Source of the DNA: the human T2T-CHM13v2.0 reference genome, Homo sapiens
Reading direction: 5' to 3' (one strand)
NCBI RefSeq assembly: GCF_009914755.1
Contig: NC_060927.1
Length of the DNA: 64,000 bases
Below are positions 40,788 through 54,977 of this stretch, one piece after another. The notes under the pieces were generated by a model, which saw nothing but the letters and a program-made list of their open reading frames with translations, ran no database searches and had not been told where the DNA came from. A program made the translations under genes and the position numbers. The first letter of the stretch is position 1. Every line of letters starts with the position of its first letter.

Positions 40788-41021
40788 AACACATACACAC
40801 ACACTTAGACACACACACATATACACACACATGCAGAGACAGACACACATATACACACACATACCACACACATACACATACGCCACACACAGAGACATGC
40901 ACACATATACACACATAACGCACATACACATAGACATACATGCACACACATAGACACACATAAACACACACCACTCACATACACATACACATACATACAC
41001 ATACACACACACACACACACA
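40788..41021. repeat. Degenerate (CA)n/(TA)n microsatellite
   Basis: About 230 nt of cacacatacacac...; source of three spurious C/V-rich ORFs on the - strand. Confidence 0.95.
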
Positions 41022-41597
41022 AAAAGGAGAGAATTCAAAATCCAGTTTCCTCCTTATAAATTGTACAACTTTTGTAGTGCTATTTAAATGTACTGGAACT
41101 CATTTTCTTAATCTAAAATACAGAGCTAACACATTTTACTTCACACAAACAAAGTTTAAATGAATAAGTTGCTTTACACATTATGAAGGTTAAGCAAAAT
41201 GTTATGTCACTGGTAGTAAATATAATGATGTAAAGCAATTTGATCATTGCATACTCACACTTTAAATCCATGTATTGAGTGAAATCTCATTATAATGTGA
41301 CTTGTTATTATATAGCTAAGACCATATCAGGTGTAAATCACATTCCCTAAAGTAGCTCCAAGTTGAATTACAAGGTAGTGCATAAAATGTGTATTGGCCT
41401 TGTAGCTTAATAAACATAGGATATTTAAATATGCTACATCTTTGTTAATGGTTTCAAAATAAATAACAATTAAATAGCATTTCAGTATTCCTTTTTCTGT
41501 ATTTGACGAAGTGGCATATAATTCCAGAGATATTAATGTTAAAGATTACATAAAATCTTAAGTCTAGTTTTCTTTTCCTCACCTATCTCTCTCCCAT

Positions 41598-41685
41598 CAG
41601 AGAGATAGAGGTAGAGATAGAGAGGGATGTGGTGGGAGAGAAAGAGAGAGAGAGAGAGAAAGAGAAAGAGATACACAGAGAGAAA
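41598..41685. repeat. GA-rich low-complexity tract
   Basis: agagagatagag...gagagagagagaaagagaaagag. Confidence 0.8.
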
Positions 41686-43663
41686 ATACTGTGAATGAGA
41701 ACAAGAGAGAAGTGCTTGAGCAAATTATAAATTCTCAAATCATGAATTGGGATATTGGGAAAAAATAAGTCGGTCTTACTATTTCCAGTATCCAGTTTTT
41801 ACAGTTATCTATGACCATCCATCAGTAGAAACAGTTAAAAGCCTGAACTTAATGGTCCATATTTCTCAATATATGCTGATAATGCCAATTAGCTCTAATA
41901 GGATACCCAGGCACTCTCCAAGGCGGGAAGAGCTGTGAAGTTCCCGGTTTTTGCTTGTAATCCATTTTCTTTTGCCTATGTCATGCAAGCAGAGAAGAAA
42001 AATGATGGGTTAACCTTCATATAATGCCATTTTCCATGTCAACGAATCATTTAGAAGGTGGACTGATGGTACATTGTAGAGGAAGCCATCCCGTAGAGAA
42101 TAAAGCCCATCTGATATATTAGTGCTATGTAAATTAGTATTCTAATGGCTAATTGTGGGAAAGTGTGCACTTTGAGTTATTGTATCATTTTCAAGTGACT
42201 TCAAAATTTAGACTCTCTCTTTTAGCTCGTTTATTTTGATAATACATTTGGAATCTACAGTAGAATCAGCTGATTCTCAAATTGTGTTTCTATGCATGAA
42301 AATGTCTAGCCTTATATAATAGTACACATTTTATAAGAGGTCAATAGCATATTGAAATTACATTCCTGACATGCTAGCAAACATCACTCGTTTTAGACGG
42401 AGTTTAATAACATGGTAATGTTTATGTAAAGTGGGCTTATAGTGTCACACTTGAATCTAATAAAGTGGACATCCATCATGTTGCAATAAAGAGAAGAGCT
42501 TCTAATTAAAACAGGACATCATTTGCAGGATTAAAGTCATTGAGCATAATTGAAAAGTGTTAATACCCTATTTTATCCTCTTCCATTGGTATTACTTCAA
42601 GGGTAAAAACATTTTAAGGTGAAAATGTGTCCTGGGCCTTTAATTGAATGTTATTGCCTCCTGATTGCAACGTATTGAAACTGTTTAATTACAAACCTGG
42701 AAAATTAATTACTATATGGAGAAACAGATCCCAGAGGGTTAAAATGTCCTTTTTTGTAAGTAAATACAACATAAAAATTGATATCTCCTTATTTATAATC
42801 CAACTTGGAAACATGCCCCAATATAATTTATTATACTCAAATGTTTTTCTTAATTGAACAACAGTAAAGCAACACAGTTCATCCAAATTAATGTTACTCC
42901 TCTCATAGATGAACTTTCACAATTTGTAATTAGGCTATATGTATATATGAGATATAGAGTAAACTAAAGTAATTTTGTTTTAAAAAGAAAGTAATATTAT
43001 GAAATTGTTTAAGGTAACACACTTTTAGAAACATTCTACATTTTCTTTTTATCTTCAGTAATTTGCTTACTCTTGCTTAAATTGTAGCATTTGTTTATAA
43101 CCCCATTCAAAGCTGCAAAAACTTTACAGCAGAAGTACAGTCAGCTCTCTGTCACACACTTTTGAACAACTTTGGGAGAAATTCAGTTGAGTCCATCAAG
43201 TATTCAAAATGATCAACAGCAATCATATTTTGCATTCTTCAGAGCTGTGCGGTTTATACAACCCATACACAGTCAATGTTATGGCCAGATCTTCATGAGG
43301 CCTTAGTAGTTGAGTCAGATAAGAATTGTTTTGCCCATTTTCCAGATGAAGAAAAAAGCTTCAAAGATATTAAGTAACTAGCAGAAAATCAGGATGAGAT
43401 AAAGATCCCCATTCTTTAAAAACACAGATGATTATTCTTTCAACTAGAAAATATTGACTTCTTAGAGGATATTATTCCACCATGATTTGGAAAACCTTTA
43501 TCAGTGAAACCCACTGTGTGGCATTTAAACATTTCTGAACCATATATATTTTAATCTGTGTATTTTCTTTTTCCCACTGTATTCCTTAATTGTAGTAGCT
43601 TTTATTCACATAATTTTTTTAAGTGGAAAATGAATATTGATGAGATTGTGCTTGCTTCCACAG

Positions 43664-43835
43664 AACCTACTTTTCCCAAACCAACCCCAGCAGCCCAACA
43701 GTAGATGCTCAGTGTCACCAACTGGAGACCTCACAATCACCAACATTCAACGTTCCGACGCGGGTTACTACATCTGCCAGGCTTTAACTGTGGCAGGAAG
43801 CATTTTAGCAAAAGCTCAACTGGAGGTTACTGATG
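43664..43835 (+). CDS. ROBO2: ROBO2 exon 8 (172 nt), C-terminal half of Ig4
   Basis: cttccacag|AAC CTA...GAT G|gtgcga; [57 protein letters not shown]. Confidence 0.96.
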
Positions 43836-45850
43836 GTGCGATATCTTTACTAGATTTGTCTTATGAAAACATTGATTTTTATTTCTAGATACACGTTAAC
43901 CATGTGGAGTTTGCTGATTTGTTAAATCATTTCTATGTATGCTTATCTTTTAAGTTTGAATCCAGGTCACATTCTTTTGGTAGTTTCTAATTCTCCCTGA
44001 TTGAATACCACTTATTTTCCCCAAAGAAGAACTTCAGAGATAATTTACTTAATTCTTAAAAATAGAATAGTGCATTTTTTTAAATAAATGTCATCACACT
44101 CACTGCATACTGAAATGTAATCTGTATATTTTTATTTAGTCTTAGGCTGACATGATTGGCTCTACTAGACATTAATAATTTTATTTCACTCTAGGAGGAG
44201 GTCATACCACCTTTAATATTATCAGAGATGAGATTTTAGTTAGCTAATCACATTAGGACATTCCTATGATTTTAATTATGCATTCACTAAGTTAAATTAA
44301 CTACCTTTCAAAGTGCTGAACAATGCTAAAATTATTATTTTTATTGGCACATATGCACTTTGAATCTTAACTGAGGCACCTACATTCATAGTGAAAGTTG
44401 AAAAGGATGAAGGGCTCTGCGTAATCTGGTTTTTTCCCAGCAGTTTATTTGTCACAATTGACAGCTAGCAAATTTGAGATATTTCATGAACCTCTGAGCG
44501 TGAATTTAATCCCTATTCTTTGATGTCTTAAACTGAAAATTATTTCTTACTCTCCTTTATTTGTGAGGATTTTTACTTTTGTTTTCTCCCCTAATGCTGG
44601 CTTCTGAGATACAAGTGCTTTGGTCTGTGGTGTCTTCTTGATCCCCTTCTTTCTCTGATGGTGAAATTTGATGTGCTTTTATACAATTTAAATTTACATG
44701 TAGATTAAAAGGTCATTTAAAATTAATAGAAAGGCAGTATTTTTTAATATCTGTTCATGGTATGGCCTGATTCAGTGACATGTCAGGAATGGGAATAAAT
44801 AGAACAGACAAACATTGGCTGCAGGGACATTGAGTCGTTAATGGCTGCACCTGCTGATGCTGCAGAGATTTACTGCTATGGAACTGAAAGGAGAAGTCAG
44901 GTTCAAGGATAGCAGTGATGAGAAATTCTTCCTTAGATGGGCAAGGTCTTTGATTCTTTGTACCTCCATATTTCTTTAAAAGAATAAAAGATAATTATTA
45001 ATCATTAAAAAGATCTTATGTTTTCACCTGTCAACAAAAATGTCCAGATACATACACTTGAAAAATAAGATATTCTGTCCAAAGCCTATGTTTTATTCTA
45101 TATTCCTAAGAACACACCAAATGTAATGCTTAAGATACCGGCTATCATTTAACTACTTATAATATTTTATAGAAGATTGACTCTCAAATGTTTCTAAATG
45201 AAGAAATTGTTATGGAAAAGGCAAACCATATTTGTGGGAAGCAAAGTTGATGAACTAGAAGAGCCAGTTAATGTGACTGTTATCGTTCATAAAACAGGTG
45301 GATATTCAGAATTACGTCTGATACAATTAATGGAAAACCTTTGAGGCCTTACACTAGCTCATGCTATATTACAAAACAGTAGTTAGTCTAGCTTTCTTTC
45401 TGTGGTCAAAAATAAGTGATGACCAATGTTAAATCTTCTGCCAACTGAGATTGCTCTAAACATTTTGTTACAACTGGCTTGAGTATTAATTCCTATATTG
45501 ATTTTTACTTGAGTAAGCAATTACAAAGTCAAGATCCTTTTGCAGAGACATTGATTAGAAGTTACAGTGTTGTTGATTTTGACAGTAAAGAAATGAAACT
45601 ATAAGAACTAAATATGTACACACATGTTATCAATTAATCTGTCTCTAAATATGAAGTTGCCACATTGGCTGATGCCTTAAGCTTCTACCCATAGTTTTGA
45701 TTTTTCATACAGGTTAATGATTTAATACTATCTGAGCCATTATTTCATTTTGAACACATTTATTTTGATATAATTCAGGGAATTGTAGAGCCATTTGAAA
45801 TTCCATGGTAGAATGAAAACGTATGTCATGTTCAGAGAAAGAAGTGATTA

Positions 45851-48180
45851 CAGGCATACCTTCCTTTGTTGTACTTTGCAGATACCATGGTTTTTACAAA
45901 TTGAAGGTTTATGGCAACCCTGGGTCAAACAAGTCTGTTGGTGCCATTTTACTAACATCATGTGCTCACATTGTGCCTCTGTGTCACATTTTGGTAATTC
46001 TCACAGTATTTCAAACAATGCCATTATTATTCCATCTGTTATGGTGGTGGTCTGTGATCAGTGATCTTTGATACTACTATAATTTTTGGGGGGTATCACA
46101 AACTGCACCCATATAAGATGGTAAACTTAACTGGTAAATGTGTGTGCTCTGGTTTCTTTACCCACTGGTTTCTTTACCCCTGTTGTTCTGTCTTTCCCTG
46201 AGCCTCCCTATTCCTCGAGACACAACAGTATTGGAATTAGGCCAGTCAGTATCTCTACAGTGGCCTCCATGTGTTCAAGTGAAAAGTCACATGTCTCTGA
46301 CTTTAAGTTAAAAGCTACAAAGGCTTAAGTTTAGTGAGGAAGGCATGTCAAAAACTGAGATAGGCCAAAAGCTGGGCCTCTTGTTCTAAACAGTTAGCAA
46401 AGTTATGCATGCAAAGGAAAAGTTTTTGAAGGAAAGTAAAAGTGCTACTCCAGTGAACACAAAAAATGATAAGAAAGTCAAACAGCCTATTGCTGATATG
46501 AAGAAAGTTTTAGAGTCTGGATAGATCAGTGAGTCACAACATTCCCTTAAGCCAAAGCCTAATCCAGAGCAAGGCCCTAACTGTCTTCAATTCCTTGAAG
46601 GCTGAGAGAGGTGAGGAAGCTGTAGAAGAAAAATTTGAAGCTACCAGGGGTTGGTTGATGAGATTTGAGGAAAAAAGCCATCTTCATAACTAAAAGTACA
46701 AGGTAAAGCATCAAGGGCTAATATGGAAGCTTTATCAAGTTATTCAAGTTATCCAGAAGTTCATTCATGAAAGTGGCTATACTAAACAGATTTTCAATGT
46801 AGACAAAGCATGCATATATTGAAAGAAGATGTTACCTAGGACTTTGATGGCTGAAGAAAAGAAGTCAATGCCTGGCTTTAAATGACAGACTAACTCTCTT
46901 GTAAGTAACTAATGCAGTTGGTGACTTTAGGTTGAAACTGATGCTCATTTACTATTTCAAAAATTCTATGACCCTTAGAATTATTCCAAATCTACTCTGC
47001 CTGTGCTCTGTAAATGGAAAAACAAAGCCTGAATGACAGCATATCTCTTTACAGCATGGTTTACCTACCGAAATATTTTAAGTACAGTGTTGAGATCTAC
47101 TCTGCAGAAAAAAAAATTCCTTTCAAAATATGACTTCTCATCTACGTGTACCTTGTCACCCAAGCTCTGATAGAGATGTACAAAGAGATTAATGTTTTTA
47201 TACCTGTTAACACAACATCTGTTCAGCAGCCCATGGATCAAGGAATAATTTCAACTTTCAAGTCTTATTTAAGAAATATATTTTCCAAGGCTATAGCTGC
47301 TGTAGACAGTAATTCAACTGAAGGATCTGGGCAGGGTTAATTAAAAACCTTCTGGAAAGGATATACCATTATAGATGCCATTAAGAACATTTATGATTTA
47401 TGGGAGGAGGGCAAAACATCAACATTACCAGGAGTTTGGAAAGTTGGATGACTTTGAGGGGGTTCCAGACTTCAGTAGAGGAAGTAACTGCACATGTGGT
47501 ACAAATAGCAAAAGAACTAGAATTAGAAGTGGATCCCGAAGATGTGACTAAATGGCTACAGTCACATGATACAAATTGAACAAATGAAGAATTGCTTCTT
47601 AGGGATGACCAAAGAAAGTGATGACTTGAGATGGAATCTACTTCTATTCAAGATTGTTGAAGTGATAACAAATGATTCAAAATATCACATAAACTTAATT
47701 GATAAAGCAACATCAGAGTTTGAGAGGACTGTCTCCAAATTTGAAAGACATTTTACTGTGGATAAAATGCTATAACACAGCATTGCATGCTACTGAAAAA
47801 TCTTTCCTGAAAGGAATAGTGAATCAATATGGTAAGCTTTATTGTCTTATTTTAAGAAATTGGCACAGCTACCCCAATCTTCAGCAACCACCACCCTGGT
47901 CAGTTAGCAACCATCAGCACTGAGGCAAGATCCTCCATCACCAAAAAGATTACCACTCTAGGCTCAAATGATCATTAGCATTTTTTAGCAATAAAGTATT
48001 TTTAAGGTATGAACTTTTTTTTAGACATAGTATTATTCTACACTTAATAGACTCCAGAATAGTGTAAACATAGCTTTTATACGCACTGGGAAAAAAAATT
48101 TGTGTGGCCTTCCTTATTGCAATATTTGCTTTATTGTTGTGGTCTAGAACCAAACCTACAATACCCCTGAGATATGCCTG
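45851..48180 (+). mobile_element. Tigger1 DNA transposon, near full length (~2.33 kb), transposase disrupted
   Basis: TA|caggcatacc ... gatatgcctg|TA (TIRs plus TA TSD); decayed transposase (SEEGMSKTEIGQKLGLL; [22 protein letters not shown]) with stops and frameshifts. Confidence 0.95.
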
Positions 48181-50789
48181 TATTCCGTTTAGAGCAGTGT
48201 ATCTGTTGTCACATTTTTGCGCTTAGACTCATTTTCTGGAAATATTTATAATTCAAACATTCATAAAAGATGAAATTGCTAATGATGCTGAATAGTGCTA
48301 TGTTGAGCAACAATTTTACTGATCATAGATTAAGCTAATATGTTTCAATATACTTGAGTTTCAATATATTTCTCTAAAAGACTTCCGCATTAGTTCACTG
48401 GCATTGTTCTGTATTTCTTCTTTCCTTTTGCTCTATCTTTTTCTCTCAGAGAATTAGGAAATTGTAATCAGCATTCTGTGAATAGAGCCAATAGAAGTTA
48501 AAAAGACTGGGGAGATAAGATGTATTTATATCTTGTACTGACAATAAATGTCACATCATGATCTTATATGAATGGTTTATTGAGTATTTATAATGCATAG
48601 TGAGAGAAAACCGTGGAGTTGTTCACAGATCACTGGAATCCCTAAATGTTCATTTAACCTTTGACTTAAGTGTCATGGAAACCTGTGGTCATCTTTCACC
48701 CATAACATCCTTGGAACTGAAAATTATGTCTGGCCAGGAGATTTTCAATTACTTTATTGATCAATTCATTCAAAAGGTGATGAGCTACTCATTAGGGCAG
48801 TAAAAAAACAGAAAGAAAAAAACTAATTAGATGACCTTTGGCTGCATCTAATGATTTCAGGGATATGACAATAAAAGCAGGTTATAAGAAGTTACCTGAA
48901 TTCTGCATAGGTATTTAATTTGGAAAAAAAATCGTTTAAAATTTAATTAGTATGCTTTACTCTGGTAACACAGACTCACTTTCTCACTGCATTAAAAAAT
49001 TACTCATAGTGTTTTGTTCATTGGCCTTCTCTTTTTGACCCATAAAAATAAGTCCCATGAAACTTTTAGTTTGAATTTCTATTTGCCTAATTACTGACAG
49101 ATGTGCCAGAATTATTACAATATTCTACTTCAATATTTTCTTAAAATGTTTTATTTAGTATTAAAAGTAAGAATTTGATGAAAAAAGCAGTGAAATAAAT
49201 GATTCTAATTTTTGTTTGTGAATGATAAACAGTTTTTATTGTTTTTCTTAGGTTTTATCACTGATAAAATAGGTTTAGGTTGACTAGAATCTGCAATGTC
49301 TTGATATGAAGGTAACCTGTATCATAAATTCTAGCTTCAATTAAATTTGGTTGGCTTTCTCATGATAGGTTCTGAAAAGGCTGCTTAACTTTAATCTTTT
49401 GTTCCCTAAAACTATGAACTCTAGTAAATATGATGCAAGTAAATTGGAAAGATAGTAATTTTAAGCTGCCATTTATAAAAGCTGGTGGGCAAAGGAAATT
49501 TGAACGTTAAGCAAACTGTTTTCAATTGTATACATTGCAATACAAGGTGAGTTTTTTGAGAAACAACAGTTTATCTTCACAGTTGCTTAGAAATTATTAG
49601 AATCCATCATTCATTTTTTCTTTTTTGTGGAAGTCTTTTTCATATATATTCTTTTATATACTACATGTATTTTATATGTTACATATAACCATACACAATA
49701 AAAAGCATATTTTGGATAATTAACCAAAGTCTATGCTGTCTATGCCGAAGTTTATAGAACTTTCTCTTTAGAAAGACTTCCCTGGACCTGGACATGTCCT
49801 TTTGATTATATGGTGATCTTCTAATGAATTCTAAATGAAATCTTACCTCCGGTCAACTCTATATTTTTCTTAACCATGTAAATAATACTGTACATTTTGA
49901 TGTCCTTCTTAAATAATCATTAAATACTTCTAAAAGCACTGAAATGCTACTACGATACAGTTGTATTGTACTACCGAAATGCTACTACAAATACAGTATT
50001 TCATAAATAAAAAGCAATACTAAGCTAAACATTTAGAAATTATGGAAAATTTATCCAAATGAACACAACAATTGATATACATGTAAACACTGATTTTGCA
50101 CAAGCACTGTTTTTGTCATATGATAAATATAATCTAGATGACTTTCCTTTGATCAATTATAAGCACTAATTAAATCAAATCATCCAAATGATATGACTGT
50201 AATTTGATGAGCTCATGTCACAATTTTGGAAGGAAATTATTTATAATCTAATATTTTAACATCAGCAGAAATATTTTAGCCTGTATAAATACAGCACATA
50301 ACTGGTGCCATAAGGGGGAAATTATGTACTATATTTATGATAAATGCAAAAGTGAAAATTGGCTGTACTCATATGATACTTCACACACTTTCTTAAATAT
50401 GCATATGAGATAAAATGAACATTTCATAGGTGACTGACTGCCATAAGCTATTCAAATTTTAATTTTAATACGACTAAGCCTTTTTATACAATTAAGTCTT
50501 TATAAAATGTCAGAATTTATCTCAATGCCATTTTAATTATAGGTAATGCAGAGGAAGTTATTGACAATAAATAGTATGGCCTTAGTATAGTATATATGTA
50601 TGTACATATATAGATGATAGATATATGATAGATTTAGAATATACATGACCAAGAATATACATATTGCTTAGAATAAGTTATAAGTAATATATATTGTGTT
50701 GGGGCTTTAACCTTACTTTCAGTGTCAATATATCAAGCCTACTGAACTACATTGATGTTAAAATACCTGAAAAGAGCTTTATTCTTCAG

Positions 50790-50995
50790 TTTTGACAGAT
50801 AGACCTCCACCTATAATTCTACAAGGCCCAGCCAACCAAACGCTGGCAGTGGATGGTACAGCGTTACTGAAATGTAAAGCCACTGGTGATCCTCTTCCTG
50901 TAATTAGCTGGTTAAAGGAGGGATTTACTTTTCCGGGTAGAGATCCAAGAGCAACAATTCAAGAGCAAGGCACACTGCAGATTAAGAATTTACGG
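50790..50995 (+). CDS. ROBO2: ROBO2 exon 9 (206 nt), N-terminal part of Ig5
   Basis: attcttcag|TT TTG ACA GAT...TTA CGG|gtaagt; (V)LTDRPPPIILQGPANQTLAVDGTALLKCKATGDPLPVISWLKEG...LQIKNLR. Confidence 0.96.
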
Positions 50996-51633
50996 GTAAG
51001 TAATATTGGACTTGTACATGAATTATCATCTACACATAAGTACTGCTCTATGGAAAAATTGCATAGTGAACTTAAAATCTTACATCCTAGTATAATTGCT
51101 GCACGTTTAAAAACAGTTAATGTTATTACTTATTTTAAAAATGATGAAATGAAATTAGAGGAAAGGTCACAGTTTTTACGTTACTCACACATTCATAACA
51201 GAATCTCGAAACTTTTATTCCTGTATCCCATTCCATATGTATACAGTCAACAAATCTAGAAATCTTAAACACATAGCATTAATATGAGTAGTAGGGTATT
51301 GGAAATGACAAAAACAACAAATGCTTCTGATTTACTTTCATTCGCAAAAGAAATTGTAAGGAAATGTAGATAAAGTGGCTTGGCCAAAGAGTTGAGTAGA
51401 AGAAAAATAAAGAGATGAGACTGAGTACATAAACGGCGAGTTTGCCTGGTTAGTGGGAAACCTTAGGTTGTAGGTTAAGTTGTTGTGTAGTTTAGATTTA
51501 AACCCATGGAAAGAACAAGGCATTGGTGGTTTTTTACTGACGTTTACATGATAAAAAATGAGCATTCCTGGCAACTTAACAAGTCAGTCCTGCTTCAGGA
51601 GCAACTCAAAATAAAATGTCTACTTCTGAATAT

Positions 51634-52182
51634 TGTATCAGTTATCTATTATTATGGAACAATATGAACAAAAATACAGTGGCTAAAAGCAACACACATT
51701 TATTACATCACAGTTTCTGTGAGTTAGGAGCCTAGGCATGACTGAGCTGTGTCTTTTGCTTCTGGGTCTTACAAGGCTCCAGTTAGGTGTCATTTAGAGT
51801 TGCCGTCTCATCTGAAGATTGACACAGGATGGATTTGCTTCCAATCAACATTATTCTTGGTAGCACTCAGTTCCTTGTGGCTACTGGACTAACAACCTCA
51901 CCTTATCAATGGCTGTTGGCAGGAGGTTGCCTTTGGTTCCTTGCCATCTGGATCTTCCCCATATGACTACTTGCTTCCTCCAAGTCAGCAAGGAAGAGAG
52001 TCTCCTAGTAAGATGGGCACTACAGTCCTGTGGAACAAATCACAAACATGACATACTGACACTTTTGCAATATTATATTGGCCAGAAGGGAACCAACAGG
52101 TCCCACTTACACTCCAGGTGAGGGATTACACAAGATACAAATACCAGAAGGATGTTATCATGGAGGGCACCTGTCCTCTATC
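51634..52182 (-). mobile_element. MLT1 (MLT1E/F-like) solo LTR
   Basis: tgtatcagttatctatt...agtggctaaaagcaacacacatttatt..atcacagtttctgtgagttaggag...gggattacacaag. Confidence 0.75.
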
Positions 52183-54645
52183 AGTACATTCAACTCATTC
52201 AACTAGGTATGGTAAGTCCCTTCCTCCTACCTGCCATGTAGCAAGTGCTATGTGAAAGCTGGAGAGTATATTTTAGTAATCACAAGATTGGGGATGAGAC
52301 CCAGAACTAAGGTAGATGATGTAATAGTGCATGAAGAAAATTTCAGTGGAGGAGAAATCTGTAGAATCTTGGGTCCAGGTTGAAATTCAGAGCCAAGATG
52401 AAGAAAAACAAAGCAAAACAGCATTTAGAATCTTCCCATTCTGGAGCTAAAAAGAAAGGCAAAAATTTTTAACTACACATATTTCCAAATGATCACAATT
52501 TGGCATATTGTTCTTTTATAATGGGAATATGTTTACAATTATATGTTTATCTGATTATCGCTATATCATACAGACGTATATCAGAAAACAAAGTGACTAT
52601 TTTTGCTACATGCACACACATGCACACATAAGTTTTTACTTTATATATATAATATTTATCTTTAATTTTTGAGATACAGGCATTAATTATTGCTTTAAAT
52701 AGAAAAAATGCTGCCAAGTTGAGTTTAAAAAAGTAAATTAATACAGATATTTTGAGCCTGTCTTTTTATTGATTGTAAATTAATTGTTAACCTTCTTTGA
52801 ACAAAATGGAAGTTATTAAAAAATTAATGCCAACTCTCTTTGTGTAAACACTTTAACCTCTATTTCTGGGCTAAAGGCAGACTTGGGCCATAGAGGTTAA
52901 TGCATTTTCACTGTATCACTGAATTAAAGGGTATGCTTGAGTAGTCAAGATTTCTAGTAGTGTTTGAAAGAAGCAATTAAAGGTGGGTGCTTGATGATGT
53001 CAAACAAACTTTGAGCCCTCTGACAGGCTTCTGAGTAGTCTCTCTGAGATGCCAGCTCCTTGGGGCTTGTCTGCAGCCAAGTGCACAAGGAGAAAAGTAG
53101 ATGATGGAATTTGCCTGCACATTAATCTCATTTTAAAGCAATTTATTAAGGGTAAAAGGACAAGCATGGAAAAGATGAGAAGCACTCCTCACCAGAAAAA
53201 GACATTATTTAAAATTAAAGGAATAAAATTAAAGGAATAAAATGTGGTGATGATGGTAATACCAAGAGTGAGTTTTAGCAACGATATTTAGGTTTATGAG
53301 GACCCCAAAATGAAAACGTTGTTCTTTTCCTGTAACATGACTGTCCTTACAGGGAGACAGAAGTGGGCTTTCCAATAGTTCACTCATACAGTCAAGAGAG
53401 TTTCTGTAGGCTGTATTCCTTTGTGTCTCACTATTTTTTTTTCAGTACTTAATGCAAGGGAAAAAAATAATGTGATGAATACTGTGTTCTTCTAGGCCAG
53501 CTAATTGGTAACTGAATCTTTATCTTTTGAGAAGTAGAATATTCCAGCACTCATTAAAATATACCTACCGCAGCTAATGTCATACTTGTATCTCCACACA
53601 ATGACAAGGAGATGCAGTTAAGAAGCATTACCTACATACTTTTCTTTTAGCATTTGCAAGTAATAACAAGTGCTACATTTTAGTTCAACAGCTATAATAA
53701 AATGCAAATTCTTTTACTCTTTCACAGACCATATTCAAATGAACATCCCATTAAAATCCAACCTCGGCTCATTATATTTAGTTTGTGAGTGATGCTTCTT
53801 AAATGCAAAGATTTCTAATGACTATAATGTGTGCACAGCCACATTTGAAAGAATGGCTCTTTCTACAATGGCTATCCCCATCTTCCCTCTGTGTAATAGA
53901 AGACAATTGTACAGAGATAATATGGCAAAGAATGTCATGCCAGAGCAATTTGGAACTTAAGTTAAAATACATAATGGCATTTAAAATCAATTAAGATAGT
54001 GAAATGGCAGTAACATCCAGGCACTAATGATTTACCTGAGAATCAATCGAGAAAGCTTGAGTCATCAACACACTTATAGTTTGAACCCAGCAGATATAAT
54101 ATTCCATGAGCGACTATATTTCATCAACAATTAGACTGATGTTCATCACAGAATATTAATTCTACATCTTCTGCCTTGTCTGACTTTGTTTGGTCATCAG
54201 TTTCTCTTCCCAGTGTGACTTTTCCTTTACTCCTAAATTGATGAGAATGAATGTTGTTTGCAGTGTAAGCCACAAGGCTTGATCACACAGAATTTTGGAG
54301 TTGCCTCTTTTATTGATCTTGGGGCTTTATTCAAAATATAATCACAGAATCTTCTGCTTCTTGCATTTGTAAAAGAGGACTCTTGATTATATTATCAACT
54401 TTTTCTGAAAGTCCTTTGCCACTCTTCTGAGAATAATAAAACCATTTTAAGTGATCGATGAAATGGCAAGTTTTTATTGTGATCAAAAAAGAGTTATGAA
54501 TTATGATATATTTATGTTCCCTTTCAGCTTGAAATTGCAGTCACTCCATAGCCACATTTTTTTAATGATACTTTATTCTATTCATTTTTCCACTACTGCA
54601 ATTTACATATAAGTGAATATTGAAGTTTTTAAATGAAGAAGTTTA

Positions 54646-54977
<332 letters not shown>

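Noticed and set aside
40750-41038. Three overlapping Cys/Val/Met-rich ORFs on the - strand
   Set aside because: They are translations of the (TG)n microsatellite.
45795-48153. Cluster of short ORFs suggesting a TIGD-like gene
   Set aside because: Fragments of a Tigger1 transposase broken by many stops and frameshifts.
52100-52124. CAG|GTGAGG recursive-splice-like site
   Set aside because: It lies in an MLT1 LTR in a short (4.5 kb) intron with a mediocre pyrimidine tract; likely chance.
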